Source: an uncultured Flavobacteriales bacterium
GTDB taxonomy: Bacteria > Bacteroidota > Bacteroidia > Flavobacteriales_D > JABDKJ01
Direction of reading: 5' to 3'
Assembly (NCBI GenBank): GCA_937875855.1
Contig: CALFHF010000207.1
Location: 1-40,707, forward strand
DNA length: 40,707 nt
In this document: piece after piece, positions 29,912-39,378 of the stretch
Numbering within the stretch: the first letter of the stretch is position 1
Layout of the letters: the number at the start of each line of letters is the position of its first letter
The notes under the pieces: generated by a model
The model's database searches: none
What the model saw: only the letters and a program-made list of their open reading frames with translations
Told to the model about the DNA's origin: nothing
Made by a program: the position numbers and the translations under genes

Positions 29912-30634
29912 TTGAGCTCTTCATTAATCATCATCCCCACGTACAATGAGGCCGAGAACATTCGGCAAATCATCCTTGCTGCTCTTGGAAGATCTGATGA
30001 TTATCATGTCCTTATCGTTGATGATGGCTCTCCTGATGGAACAGCTGGGTTGGTCAAAGAATTCCAAATCAAACACCCAGAACGTATTCATCTGCTTGAA
30101 CGAAGTGGAAAAGCCGGCCTTGGAAAAGCCTATCTCGCTGGATTTTCATGGGCATTGGAACGTAAAGAATATGAGCTCATCTTCGAGATGGATGCTGATT
30201 TCTCTCATGACCCTAAAGATCTGAATCGCCTTGAACAAGCGTGCTTAGATGGAGCAGGACTGAGTATAGGTTCACGCTATGTAAAGAACGGTAGCGTGAA
30301 AGACTGGACCTGGGAGCGAAAACTACTCAGCTTCGGAGCCTCCTTGTATGTGCGCGCCATATTAGGTCTTGCAATCAAGGATCCTACCGCAGGGTTCAAA
30401 TGCTATAAAAGAGAAGTCTTAGCCTCTATTCCACTTGACCAGGTGAATTATGTAGGCTATGCATTTCAAATTGCCATGAAGCTTATGGTCGCTCTGAAGG
30501 GATTTCCCATCACAGAGGTTCCTATCGTATTTAAGGATAGAGAATTAGGAACATCCAAGATGAGCAGTGCTATTTTCAAAGAAGCAATACTAGGCGTGTG
30601 GAGAATGAGATCCCTTAAAAAAACAATCACCTAA
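29912..30634 (+). CDS. Polyprenol monophosphomannose synthase (DPM1-like GT2)
   Basis: IIPTYNE, VDDGSPDGT, GLGKAY, EMDADFSH, GSRYV, EVPIVFKDRELGTSKMS; TTG start. Confidence 0.92.
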   Translation: MSSSLIIIPTYNEAENIRQIILAALGRSDDYHVLIVDDGSPDGTAGLVKEFQIKHPERIHLLERSGKAGLGKAYLAGFSWALERKEYELIFEMDADFSHDPKDLNRLEQACLDGAGLSIGSRYVKNGSVKDWTWERKLLSFGASLYVRAILGLAIKDPTAGFKCYKREVLASIPLDQVNYVGYAFQIAMKLMVALKGFPITEVPIVFKDRELGTSKMSSAIFKEAILGVWRMRSLKKTIT

Positions 30635-30637
30635 GCT

Positions 30638-31975
30638 ATGCAGACTCTTATAAAAGGGGCTACCCTTATTAATGAAGGTTCTCGAAGTATCAAAGACATC
30701 TTGATTGCTGATGGACGCATCAAAGAAATAGCTGATACAATAGATGCTCCTCAAGCCACTCTTATAGACGCAAAAGGCCTTTACCTCATGCCTGGCCTCA
30801 TCGATGACCAAGTGCATTTTAGGGAACCAGGCCTCACTCATAAAGCATGCATAGCCACTGAAAGTGCTGCTGCCGCTGCAGGTGGTGTCACTTCCTTTAT
30901 GGAAATGCCAAATACGAATCCACAAACCTTAACGCAAGAACTCCTAGAAGAGAAATATGATCTTGGCGCGAAAAACGCACGAGTCAATTATTCCTTTTTC
31001 ATGGGCGCTTCAAACGACAACTTGGAGGAGGTGCTGAAGACTGATTTTTCCAAAGTCTGTGGCCTTAAGGTCTTCATGGGTTCATCTACAGGTAATATGC
31101 TCGTAGATAGCAAAGATACTCTTGAAGCCATTTTTAAAGATGCCAAAGGTCTAATCGCAGTTCACTGTGAAGATGAGCCTACAGTGCGCAAAAATATGGA
31201 ACGGATGAGGGCAAAGTATGGCGAACTCGTTCCTATGAGTGCCCACCCTTGGATACGCTCTGAAGAAGCCTGCTATCTCAGCAGCTCTCTAGCTGTCGAA
31301 TTGGCCAAGAAATATGGAGCCCGACTGCATGTACTGCATATCAGTACGGCTAAAGAATTAAGCCTATTTAGCGATGCGAAGACTACTTATAAGAAGCGCA
31401 TAACGGCTGAAGCCTGCATTCATCACCTCTGGTTCAGCGAGAAGGATTACCTAGAAAAAGGGGCTTTGATCAAGTGGAATCCTGCAGTGAAGACCCCTGC
31501 TGACAGGGAAGCATTGCGTAATGCAATCCTCACTGACCGTATAGATGTGATTGCCACTGATCACGCTCCCCATACCTGGGAAGAGAAACAAAAGCCTTAT
31601 CTCTCCTGCCCCAGCGGTGGGCCACTTGTACAGCATTCTTTGGTCGCTTTGCTTGATATGATGCATGCTGGATTAATTAGCCTAGAACAGATAGCGCGAA
31701 AGACTGCTCATATGCCAGCTGAGATTTTCAGGATTAAGGACAGAGGCTACATTCGTCCCGGTTACTTTGCTGATATAGTCCTTGTAGATCTTGACTCTCC
31801 TTGGGAAGTTACTGAAGAAAATATCCTAGCCCAATGTGGCTGGTCTCCTTTTATTGGACACACATTCAAGTCAGAAGTGAAGCATACCTTCGTGAACGGT
31901 GATCATGTTTTTGACAATGGAAAAATCAATCAAAACATACGTGGGCAAAGGCTTTCCTTCCATACTGGCGATTAG
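30638..31975 (+). CDS. pyrC: Dihydroorotase
   Basis: DDQVHFREPG, EMPNT, KVFMGSSTG, HCEDE, HVLHIST, KWNP, ATDHAPH. Confidence 0.93.
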   Translation: MQTLIKGATLINEGSRSIKDILIADGRIKEIADTIDAPQATLIDAKGLYLMPGLIDDQVHFREPGLTHKACIATESAAAAAGGVTSFMEMPNTNPQTLTQELLEEKYDLGAKNARVNYSFFMGASNDNLEEVLKTDFSKVCGLKVFMGSSTGNMLVDSKDTLEAIFKDAKGLIAVHCEDEPTVRKNMERMRAKYGELVPMSAHPWIRSEEACYLSSSLAVELAKKYGARLHVLHISTAKELSLFSDAKTTYKKRITAEACIHHLWFSEKDYLEKGALIKWNPAVKTPADREALRNAILTDRIDVIATDHAPHTWEEKQKPYLSCPSGGPLVQHSLVALLDMMHAGLISLEQIARKTAHMPAEIFRIKDRGYIRPGYFADIVLVDLDSPWEVTEENILAQCGWSPFIGHTFKSEVKHTFVNGDHVFDNGKINQNIRGQRLSFHTGD

Positions 31976-32333
31976 CGCATTGATTATAAGTATTCTCTTT
32001 TCTTGTCAGGCCAAGGAAACGGCCATTACACTGCCTGAAGGGCTATTGACCAAGGAAGAATTCATCGATGTCATGGAGGATCTTTTCTTGATTGAAGGGC
32101 TGCGTTCCATGCATACTAGTGCAGAGCACAAACAACTCAATCCTACCGAAGCCTACTATAATTCTCTTTGGGAAGAACGGAACTTGGCAAAACAGAAACT
32201 CCTAGACAGTTTCGAGTACTATAGCCAGGACCGAGTGTATATGGAAAAAGTCTACGCAGAGATTGCAAAACGCTTAAAGATAGAGGAGGATAAGATAAAG
32301 TCGAGCTCTACTGAACCTAGGGCTGTAGATTAA
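31917..32333 (+). CDS. DUF4296-like lipoprotein (start uncertain: ATG 31917 or GTG 31941)
   Basis: Hydrophobic stretch ending LFS-C; P.GLLTKEEFIDVMEDLFLIE and SFEYYSQ..MEKVYAEI resemble DUF4296. Confidence 0.75.
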   Translation: MEKSIKTYVGKGFPSILAISALIISILFSCQAKETAITLPEGLLTKEEFIDVMEDLFLIEGLRSMHTSAEHKQLNPTEAYYNSLWEERNLAKQKLLDSFEYYSQDRVYMEKVYAEIAKRLKIEEDKIKSSSTEPRAVD

Positions 32334-33340
32334 GAATCTAAAGAGCGATAGAAACCCGCGTGGTAGGTTATAGCATCTTGAACAGGGATGAATTCTATCT
32401 TAAATATACTTCTCACTTTTTCAGTACTATAATCGAAGTCATTCAATGAACTGCTTGCTGTCTCTTTAGTCAATTTACTCTTGGTTCTAAAAAGTTTATC
32501 TACGAACCACATAATGCGCCAACCTATGGAAAGTAGCGCTCTGTTTGCTTTTATTCTAGGCCCTTTTTTACCTAGCGAATCTGCCATACATTGGAACATA
32601 TCCCTATACGATATCTGTTCAGAGTGAAGTATATATCGCTCTGCGCTCACTTGAGAAAAAAGTAGGTCAATGGAAATGCTTGAAACATCGCGTACATCCA
32701 CTGCCGTGGCCATTCCATCTGTATAAAACGGGTTTCCTTGCAAAACACTACCAAAGAGCGTTCCACTGCTTCTGGTAATCGATCCAGCGCCAAGGATGAT
32801 GCTCGGATTTACAATAACCGCATCTAAGCCTTCTTCTATGCCTCGCCACACCTCAAGCTCAGCATTGTACTTGCTTATTGCATAGTTAGAATTCAAAGGC
32901 CCATCTTTCCAGGCGCTCGTCTCGTCTATTAGTTTCTTTTCAGCAGTTCTGCCCAAAGCGGCTACAGAACTGATGTACAAAAGGCGTTTCCCAGTTTCAT
33001 TACACACATCTACCACGTGGGCTGTTCCTTGCTTATTATTGAGATACATAGCATCTGCCTCGCTTGAATGAAAGGATACTGTGGCTGCAGCATGAATAAC
33101 GTGTTGACAATCTTTGACGGCTTCTTGAATAGAATTCATATCCATGATATCTCCCTCAGCCCAACTTAGTTTCTCAATTAAGGAGTCAATGTTCTCGTTA
33201 TGATAGAACGTCAGAACCTTGCTAAACATGGCCTTATCTGCTGCTTCACGAGAGAAGATTCGCACCTCCTCTCCCTTGAGCAAAAGATCATAGACCATCC
33301 TCATTCCTAGGATTCCTGTTCCGCCTGTAATCAATACCAT
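32330..33340 (-). CDS. NAD-dependent epimerase/dehydratase (extended SDR, dihydroflavonol-reductase-like)
   Basis: TGGTGILG, HAAA, YISSVAALG, YAISK (YxxxK); ATG 33340 preferred over TTG 33349. Confidence 0.92.
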   Translation of the reverse strand: MVLITGGTGILGMRMVYDLLLKGEEVRIFSREAADKAMFSKVLTFYHNENIDSLIEKLSWAEGDIMDMNSIQEAVKDCQHVIHAAATVSFHSSEADAMYLNNKQGTAHVVDVCNETGKRLLYISSVAALGRTAEKKLIDETSAWKDGPLNSNYAISKYNAELEVWRGIEEGLDAVIVNPSIILGAGSITRSSGTLFGSVLQGNPFYTDGMATAVDVRDVSSISIDLLFSQVSAERYILHSEQISYRDMFQCMADSLGKKGPRIKANRALLSIGWRIMWFVDKLFRTKSKLTKETASSSLNDFDYSTEKVRSIFKIEFIPVQDAITYHAGFYRSLDS

Positions 33341-33346
33341 AGCTGC

Positions 33347-33354
33347 CAAATATA
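33347..33354 (-). promoter_or_regulatory. -7 promoter element for the SDR gene
   Basis: Exact TAnnTTTG match (TATATTTG) 6 nt upstream of the ATG. Confidence 0.55.
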
Positions 33355-33418
33355 CATCGCTAGATAAAGGAAGCAGATGAAACCAAGAATGAATAGTTTT
33401 ACGCCAATTGGGACAATC

Positions 33419-33841
33419 ATGGAAAAGACCGTCATAGGCAGATTCGACCGCGTAGATTTTCCTGAGCTTGGCTTAAGGAAGGTGAAAGTCAAAATAGATA
33501 CTGGAGCATACAATTCCAGCATACATGTTACCGATTTGAGAGAAGATGAACATGGCGTACATTTTATTCCATTGACAGAAGGAAGGAAAGGATTTGCAGG
33601 AAAGCAGGTTAGCATGCCTGAATTCGAAAAAAGGATTGTACGAAGCTCGAACGGAGAAATAGAAGAACGCTACTTGATAGAAACTAAAGTTATCTTATTC
33701 GGAGAGGTGATTCCACTTAAAATGACCTTGACAGATAGAAGTCAGATGCGTTTTCCTATTTTAATAGGCCGTTCATTACTGAATAAAGGCTTTGTTATTG
33801 ATGTGTCAAGGACGTATCTTTCCTTCAAGACCGAACGCTAA
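33419..33841 (+). CDS. RimK-associated retropepsin-like protease (RimB / 'putative ATP-dependent zinc protease' family); upstream ATG 33377 possible
   Basis: KIDTGAYNSSIH, VRSSNG..EERY, LTDRSQMRFPILIGR. Confidence 0.88.
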   Translation: MEKTVIGRFDRVDFPELGLRKVKVKIDTGAYNSSIHVTDLREDEHGVHFIPLTEGRKGFAGKQVSMPEFEKRIVRSSNGEIEERYLIETKVILFGEVIPLKMTLTDRSQMRFPILIGRSLLNKGFVIDVSRTYLSFKTER

Positions 33842-33874
33842 AACCCAAATTCAAACATTTAGAATGATATTCTT

Positions 33875-34771
33875 ATGAAAATAGCCGTACTCTCCCGCGG
33901 ACCTAACTTATACTCCACCAAACGCTTGCTAGAGGCAGGGCGTGACAGAGATTTAGAGATGACATTATTGGACCACTTAAGATGTAATATCGTCATTGAA
34001 CAAGATCATCCTCAGATTTATTTTCAGAGACAAAAGGTTGAGGATCTGGACGCGATTATACCGAGAATAGGAGCTAGCGTGACATTCTATGGTGCCGCTG
34101 TGATTACACAATTCCAAATGATGGGAGTAATGTCTCCTGTGACCTCTCAAGCATTGCTTCGCTCACGCAATAAGCTTAGAAGCTTGCAGATTCTATCTAA
34201 GAACGGCATTGGACTACCAAACACCGTATTCACTGACTATCTTCAAGATACTCAACTACTTACGCAAGTACTGGGAGAGCCACCTTGGATCATCAAATTA
34301 CTTGAGGGCACGCAAGGACTTGGTGTCGTCTTGGCTGAGAATCAAAGCGCTGCACAGAGTGTCATTGAGGCATTCAACAAACTAAAAGCAAGAATCATCG
34401 TTCAAGAATTCATTGCAGAATCCTCAGGAAAAGATTTACGTGTCTTTGTGGTCGGAGGAAAAGTAGTGGGAGCTATGAAGCGCCAAGCAGCATCTGGTTT
34501 CCGTTCCAATCTGCATCGCGGAGGTACAGCCACGCTGGTTGAGCTTAGTGATGAAGAAGAACGCACTGCACTGCATGCAACTAAGGTCATGGGACTTGAT
34601 GTAGCAGGTGTGGATTTACTTCAGAGTGACAGAGGCCCATTGGTCATGGAGGTCAATGCATCTCCAGGATTAGAAGGAATAGAAAAGGCAACGGGTGTTG
34701 ATATTGCAGGAGAGATCATAGAATTCATCATGAAAAAAGTGACTGCGAATGTGGGGACCGGTGTCCATTGA
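33875..34771 (+). CDS. rimK: RimK alpha-L-glutamate ligase (ATP-grasp)
   Basis: [53 protein letters not shown]. Confidence 0.94.
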   Translation: MKIAVLSRGPNLYSTKRLLEAGRDRDLEMTLLDHLRCNIVIEQDHPQIYFQRQKVEDLDAIIPRIGASVTFYGAAVITQFQMMGVMSPVTSQALLRSRNKLRSLQILSKNGIGLPNTVFTDYLQDTQLLTQVLGEPPWIIKLLEGTQGLGVVLAENQSAAQSVIEAFNKLKARIIVQEFIAESSGKDLRVFVVGGKVVGAMKRQAASGFRSNLHRGGTATLVELSDEEERTALHATKVMGLDVAGVDLLQSDRGPLVMEVNASPGLEGIEKATGVDIAGEIIEFIMKKVTANVGTGVH

Positions 34772-35696
34772 AGGACAAGTCATACAACCAGGTGTTAGGA
34801 AACTGGTAGAACTGCCCGTAGCCGAACTGCCTTCAGGCACGCGAATCCACATTAATGTACACGTGTATCGGGCTAAAAAACCAGGCCCATGCATGATTAT
34901 CATGGGAGGGTTGCATGGCGATGAGATTAACGGAATAGAGACCGTTAGACGTATTCTGACGAGCAAAAAACTAGAGAAAATAAAAAAAGGAATGGTAATC
35001 GCCATTCCACTTTTGAATGTCTATGGATTCAATAATTTCTCTCGCTCCCTGCGTGATGGCAAGGATGTGAACCGCAGTTTCCCAGGGTCTAAGAATGGAT
35101 CCTTGGCTTCCCGTGTGGCCTATCTTATGACGAATAGCATCCTTCCCTTGATAGACTTCGGTATAGACTTCCATACCGGTGGTGCTAGCATTTTCAATTT
35201 TCCACAATTACGGGTAAGCGAAGGAGATGACAAAGCGTTGGAACTTGCGCGCATTTTTGCCCCTCCTTTCATTCTGCAGAACAAGCCTATCCCTAAGTCT
35301 CAGCGCAAGCAAGCTATGAGCATGGGGAAACCCATCTTAGTCTATGAAGGAGGTGAATCTCTTCGACTTGACGAAGTTGCCATTCAAACCGGTGTTGAGG
35401 GTGTCTTGCGGGTCTTGAATTATCATGAGATGATCAGTGTGGATGTAAAGCCTGGTTCCAGTGCGGAATATTCACGCTCGACATGGATTCGCGCTTCAAA
35501 AGCTGGCATTGTTAATTTACTGAGTCATGCAGGTCAGGAAGTGAAAAAAGGCCAACGCTTAGCCGAGATTCATAACCTAGATTCCTTGAAACGTAGCTAT
35601 ATTCATGCTACAAGAAATTGTAAGGTCTTGGCACATGTGAATAATCCTGTAGTCAGCAGAGGCGATGCGCTATTTCATTTAGTTTTTAATGGGTAA
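34749..35696 (+). CDS. Succinylglutamate desuccinylase/aspartoacylase family (M14-like) zinc hydrolase
   Basis: [24 protein letters not shown]; C-terminal biotinyl-lipoyl-like domain; overlaps rimK by 23 nt. Confidence 0.92.
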   Translation: MWGPVSIEGQVIQPGVRKLVELPVAELPSGTRIHINVHVYRAKKPGPCMIIMGGLHGDEINGIETVRRILTSKKLEKIKKGMVIAIPLLNVYGFNNFSRSLRDGKDVNRSFPGSKNGSLASRVAYLMTNSILPLIDFGIDFHTGGASIFNFPQLRVSEGDDKALELARIFAPPFILQNKPIPKSQRKQAMSMGKPILVYEGGESLRLDEVAIQTGVEGVLRVLNYHEMISVDVKPGSSAEYSRSTWIRASKAGIVNLLSHAGQEVKKGQRLAEIHNLDSLKRSYIHATRNCKVLAHVNNPVVSRGDALFHLVFNG

Positions 35697-36759
35697 GTCC
35701 AACATTCACATATTTGCTCATTCTAAGGACTTAAAACAGCACCTAGGTATATTACTGAAAGGTCGCGGTCGCATCTTCGTTTTGGCTGATTCGAATACAG
35801 CGGAACATTGTCTACCGCTTATTCAAGACATGCTTCCCTTGGATGGAAAAGACACCATGCTCATGGCTGTGGAAGCTGGAGAAGAAGGGAAGAATCTGCA
35901 AGGTGCTATGGACCTCTATAACCAGTTAATCGACTATGGTGCTGATCGTAATAGCCTCTTGATTAATCTGGGAGGAGGAATGGTGTGTGACCTTGGTGGA
36001 TTCGTTGCCAGCACCTATAAACGCGGCATAGATTTCATTCATCTTCCTACGACTGTTCTTGCTCAAGTAGATGCGTCCATTGGAGGTAAAACAGGAGTGA
36101 ATCTTGGCCTATTGAAAAACATGGTGGGCACCTTTACTCAAGCCCAAGAAACACTTATCTATCCTGAATTCTTGAACACCTTACCTAAGAATGAGGTCAT
36201 GTCAGGATTCGCAGAAATACTGAAGCATGCTTTGATTGCAGATCAAGAATTATGGAAGATTCTAAGCAGCGCAGACTATGTGGATCTCCCCTTAATCAAA
36301 TCAGTGATTCCACGTGCTTTGAAGATTAAGGAAGACATAGTCAATCGGGATTTTAAAGAGCAAGGCGAACGTAAGAAATTAAACTTCGGGCATACCATTG
36401 GTCATGCTTTAGAAAGTCTCATTTTAGAATCTCCTGAACGAGATTTATTGCATGGGGAGGCGGTAGCCTTAGGGATGATCTGTGAGTGCTATCTCTCCAT
36501 GAAATCTAAAGGAATCAGCAACGATGAATTAGATCGTATATGCAGTTTTATCGCTTTGCATTTCAAAGGCATAGAATTAAACCGCATGCAATTCCATCGT
36601 GTGATAGAAATAATGCGCCATGATAAAAAGAACAAGCAAGCTCGGATTAACTTCACTTTGCTGCACGGCATAGGCGCTTCCATCGTGGATCAAGAACCCG
36701 AGATGGAACACATTATGGAAGCCCTCGGATACCTAGAACGCTATCCCTTTCCCTCTTGA
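35689..36759 (+). CDS. aroB: 3-dehydroquinate synthase
   Basis: GGGMVCDLGGF, PTTVLAQVDASIGGKTG, KNMVGTF, LNFGHTIGHALE, HGEAVA. Confidence 0.97.
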   Translation: MGKSNIHIFAHSKDLKQHLGILLKGRGRIFVLADSNTAEHCLPLIQDMLPLDGKDTMLMAVEAGEEGKNLQGAMDLYNQLIDYGADRNSLLINLGGGMVCDLGGFVASTYKRGIDFIHLPTTVLAQVDASIGGKTGVNLGLLKNMVGTFTQAQETLIYPEFLNTLPKNEVMSGFAEILKHALIADQELWKILSSADYVDLPLIKSVIPRALKIKEDIVNRDFKEQGERKKLNFGHTIGHALESLILESPERDLLHGEAVALGMICECYLSMKSKGISNDELDRICSFIALHFKGIELNRMQFHRVIEIMRHDKKNKQARINFTLLHGIGASIVDQEPEMEHIMEALGYLERYPFPS

Positions 36760-37973
36760 ATACACTTGACTACAAAACCGAAACACGCCTTCAAGTAAGC
36801 ATCAACTTACCTATCTCAAAGAGTGTTCTTAATCGTGAATTAATTCTAGCAGCTAGTTCAGGGACGCTCCTTCTGAGTATAGCTACAGATGGCCTTGCTG
36901 ATGATTCTCTTATGCTTCTCAATGCGTTGAAGTCCCAAGAAAAAACCATCAATATTGGTCATGCCGGCACTGCGATGCGATTTCTCACAGCCCATTTTGC
37001 TTCGGTGGAAGGAGAACATCTGCTACAAGGATCATCTCGAATGCATGAACGTCCCATAAAGATTCTTGTAGACGCTTTGCGAGAATTAGGTGCAGATATT
37101 CGCTATGCTGGAAAGGAAGGATTTCCTCCATTAGAAATCCGTGGAAAGAAATTGAAAGGTGGAAAAGTCAGTATCTCAGGAGCTGTCAGCAGCCAATATA
37201 TCTCAGCACTTTTGCTCTGTGGGTCCAGTTTTAAAAATGGTCTTGATTTAGAACTGTTGCCGCCTGTGACTTCTCGTCCGTATATCGGATTGACCTTAGC
37301 CGCAATGAAACGAGCAGGAATAATTTATTCTTTGGAAGGTAACAGAATCCGCGTAGAGCCTTCTGAGATAATTTGTACAGCAATGAGCATGGAACGAGAT
37401 TGGAGTGCTGCAGCCTTCGCATATGGGCTTGTAAGTCAAGGGTGTTGCGATGAACTCATCCTTCCTGGATTGGATGTGAAAACCTGGCAAGGAGATAGTA
37501 TCATTGGACAACTGTTCGTGATGCTAGGCGTTGAAACTGGACAGAGTGAAATAGGTGTTCATCTTTCAAAAAAGACAAAGGCTCCCTCTTCGTTTAGCAG
37601 AGATATGCGTGATTGTCCTGACCTCGCTCAAGCGATTGTATTCACCTGCGCAGCACTCGGAATTTCATGTAATCTATGGGGCCTGCAGACTCTACCTCTG
37701 AAGGAAACCGATCGTATTCGTGCAATGGTCGATTGTCTGAAAATCGTAGGAATACATGCAGAATACGGAAAGGATTTTATCCGTTTTCAAGGTCACATGA
37801 ATTTAGAAAAAAACCTCCACTTCAAGACTTATGGTGATCATCGCATGGCGATGAGTCTAGCGTTATGGGCTCCTGTTTTACATCAGATGCAATTAGATGA
37901 TCCTGACGTAGTGAGTAAGTCTTTTCCAAGTTTTTGGGAAGAGGTAAAGAAGCTTGGACTCAGCATTCACTAA
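36756..37973 (+). CDS. aroA: 3-phosphoshikimate 1-carboxyvinyltransferase (EPSP synthase)
   Basis: SKSVLNR, AGTAMRF, RPI, SSQYISALL, KETDRI, DHRMAM, VSKSFPSFW; TTG start overlaps the aroB stop. Confidence 0.96.
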   Translation: MNTLDYKTETRLQVSINLPISKSVLNRELILAASSGTLLLSIATDGLADDSLMLLNALKSQEKTINIGHAGTAMRFLTAHFASVEGEHLLQGSSRMHERPIKILVDALRELGADIRYAGKEGFPPLEIRGKKLKGGKVSISGAVSSQYISALLLCGSSFKNGLDLELLPPVTSRPYIGLTLAAMKRAGIIYSLEGNRIRVEPSEIICTAMSMERDWSAAAFAYGLVSQGCCDELILPGLDVKTWQGDSIIGQLFVMLGVETGQSEIGVHLSKKTKAPSSFSRDMRDCPDLAQAIVFTCAALGISCNLWGLQTLPLKETDRIRAMVDCLKIVGIHAEYGKDFIRFQGHMNLEKNLHFKTYGDHRMAMSLALWAPVLHQMQLDDPDVVSKSFPSFWEEVKKLGLSIH

Positions 37974-38009
37974 CGAGATTACTTTTCCCAAAAGCCTTAC
38001 CTTGTTCTC

Positions 38010-39374
38010 ATGAGAATATTCATCTTCATTTCTTTCGTTTTCCTATCAATTTCCATGACAGGGCAATCAAGTGATTCCTTGATCCTTCGAAGCATTTATG
38101 ATGAGGCACTTGAACATGGCGAATGTTATGAAAACCTCCGCAGTTTGTGTAAGGATGTCGGAGCGCGCTTGACTGGCAGCGCTGAAGCTGAAATGGCTGT
38201 GCAATGGGGTAAGGACCTGCTAACCTCCTATGGTTTTGAGACACGTTTGCAAGAGACTCCTATTCCGCATTGGGAAAGAGGAACACTGGAATCCGGTTGG
38301 TATAAAGATGCCAGTGGGAAGACATACAAGATTAAAATTCTTGCCCTTGGCAGCAGTATTGGAACAGATGGTCTGATGCGCGCTAAAGCAGTTCTTGCCC
38401 ATGACATTGAGCATTTAAAAACGCTCGGAGAAGCGGGAAAACTGAAGGACAAAATCGTAGTTATTGACCAACCCTTTGATCAGAAACTCATCAACACCTT
38501 TGTGGCTTATGGAGCTTGCTGGCCTATACGCGGAAATGGAACTTCAGAGGCGGCTCGCTATGGTGCAAAGGCCGTTCTCATACGCTCTCTAGCAACTCCC
38601 ATAGATGACCATCCTCATACAGGCAGTATGCGGTATGATGAGGATGTGAAGCAGATTCCTGGGGCAGCCATTTCTACTCAAGCTGCTGAAGAACTTAAAG
38701 CAGCCCTGAAGCAAGGCGAAGTAGAAATTAGTTTGGAGATGGATTGCAGAACTTATCCTGAAGGGATTTCGCACAACGTAATAGCTGAGATCAAAGGGTC
38801 TGAATTCCAAGATGAGATCATTACCATAGGCGGCCATCTTGACTCCTGGGATGTAGGCGAAGGTGCCCATGATGATGGTGCAGGAATAGTCCATTGTATA
38901 GAGGCCATGCGCATTTTAAATACTCGCGGAATCAAGTTAAAAAGAACCTTACGCGTGGTGCTGTACATGAATGAAGAGAACGGTGTATATGGTGCCAAAA
39001 CCTATGCTGATGAAGCCATCAAGAATGGAGAGAAACATGTCTTCGCATTAGAGTCTGATGCCGGTGGGCATACCCCTAGAGGATTTAGCCTAGATGGCCC
39101 AGCAGAGCGCCTTGAACTGATGCAGAGTTTTTCAGCATTGCTCTATCCGTATGGCCTCAATGAACTCGAAAAAGGATACGGTGGAGTGGATATTAACAGG
39201 CTCAAAGAACCCTATGAAGGCATCACCTTAATAGGCTTCAGGCCTGATTCACAGCGCTACTTCAACTATCATCACTCGGAGGCTGATGTCTTCGAAACTG
39301 TCAATAAAAGGGAATTGGAATTAGGATCAGCGTCTATTGCCAGCATCATCTATTTGATGGATAGGCATTGGTAG
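38010..39374 (+). CDS. Secreted M28 family metallopeptidase with PA domain (carboxypeptidase Q-like)
   Basis: Signal peptide; GARLTGS, HLDSWDVGEGAHDDGAG, NEENG, ESDAG, YHHSEAD. Confidence 0.92.
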   Translation: MRIFIFISFVFLSISMTGQSSDSLILRSIYDEALEHGECYENLRSLCKDVGARLTGSAEAEMAVQWGKDLLTSYGFETRLQETPIPHWERGTLESGWYKDASGKTYKIKILALGSSIGTDGLMRAKAVLAHDIEHLKTLGEAGKLKDKIVVIDQPFDQKLINTFVAYGACWPIRGNGTSEAARYGAKAVLIRSLATPIDDHPHTGSMRYDEDVKQIPGAAISTQAAEELKAALKQGEVEISLEMDCRTYPEGISHNVIAEIKGSEFQDEIITIGGHLDSWDVGEGAHDDGAGIVHCIEAMRILNTRGIKLKRTLRVVLYMNEENGVYGAKTYADEAIKNGEKHVFALESDAGGHTPRGFSLDGPAERLELMQSFSALLYPYGLNELEKGYGGVDINRLKEPYEGITLIGFRPDSQRYFNYHHSEADVFETVNKRELELGSASIASIIYLMDRHW

Positions 39375-39378
39375 AAAT

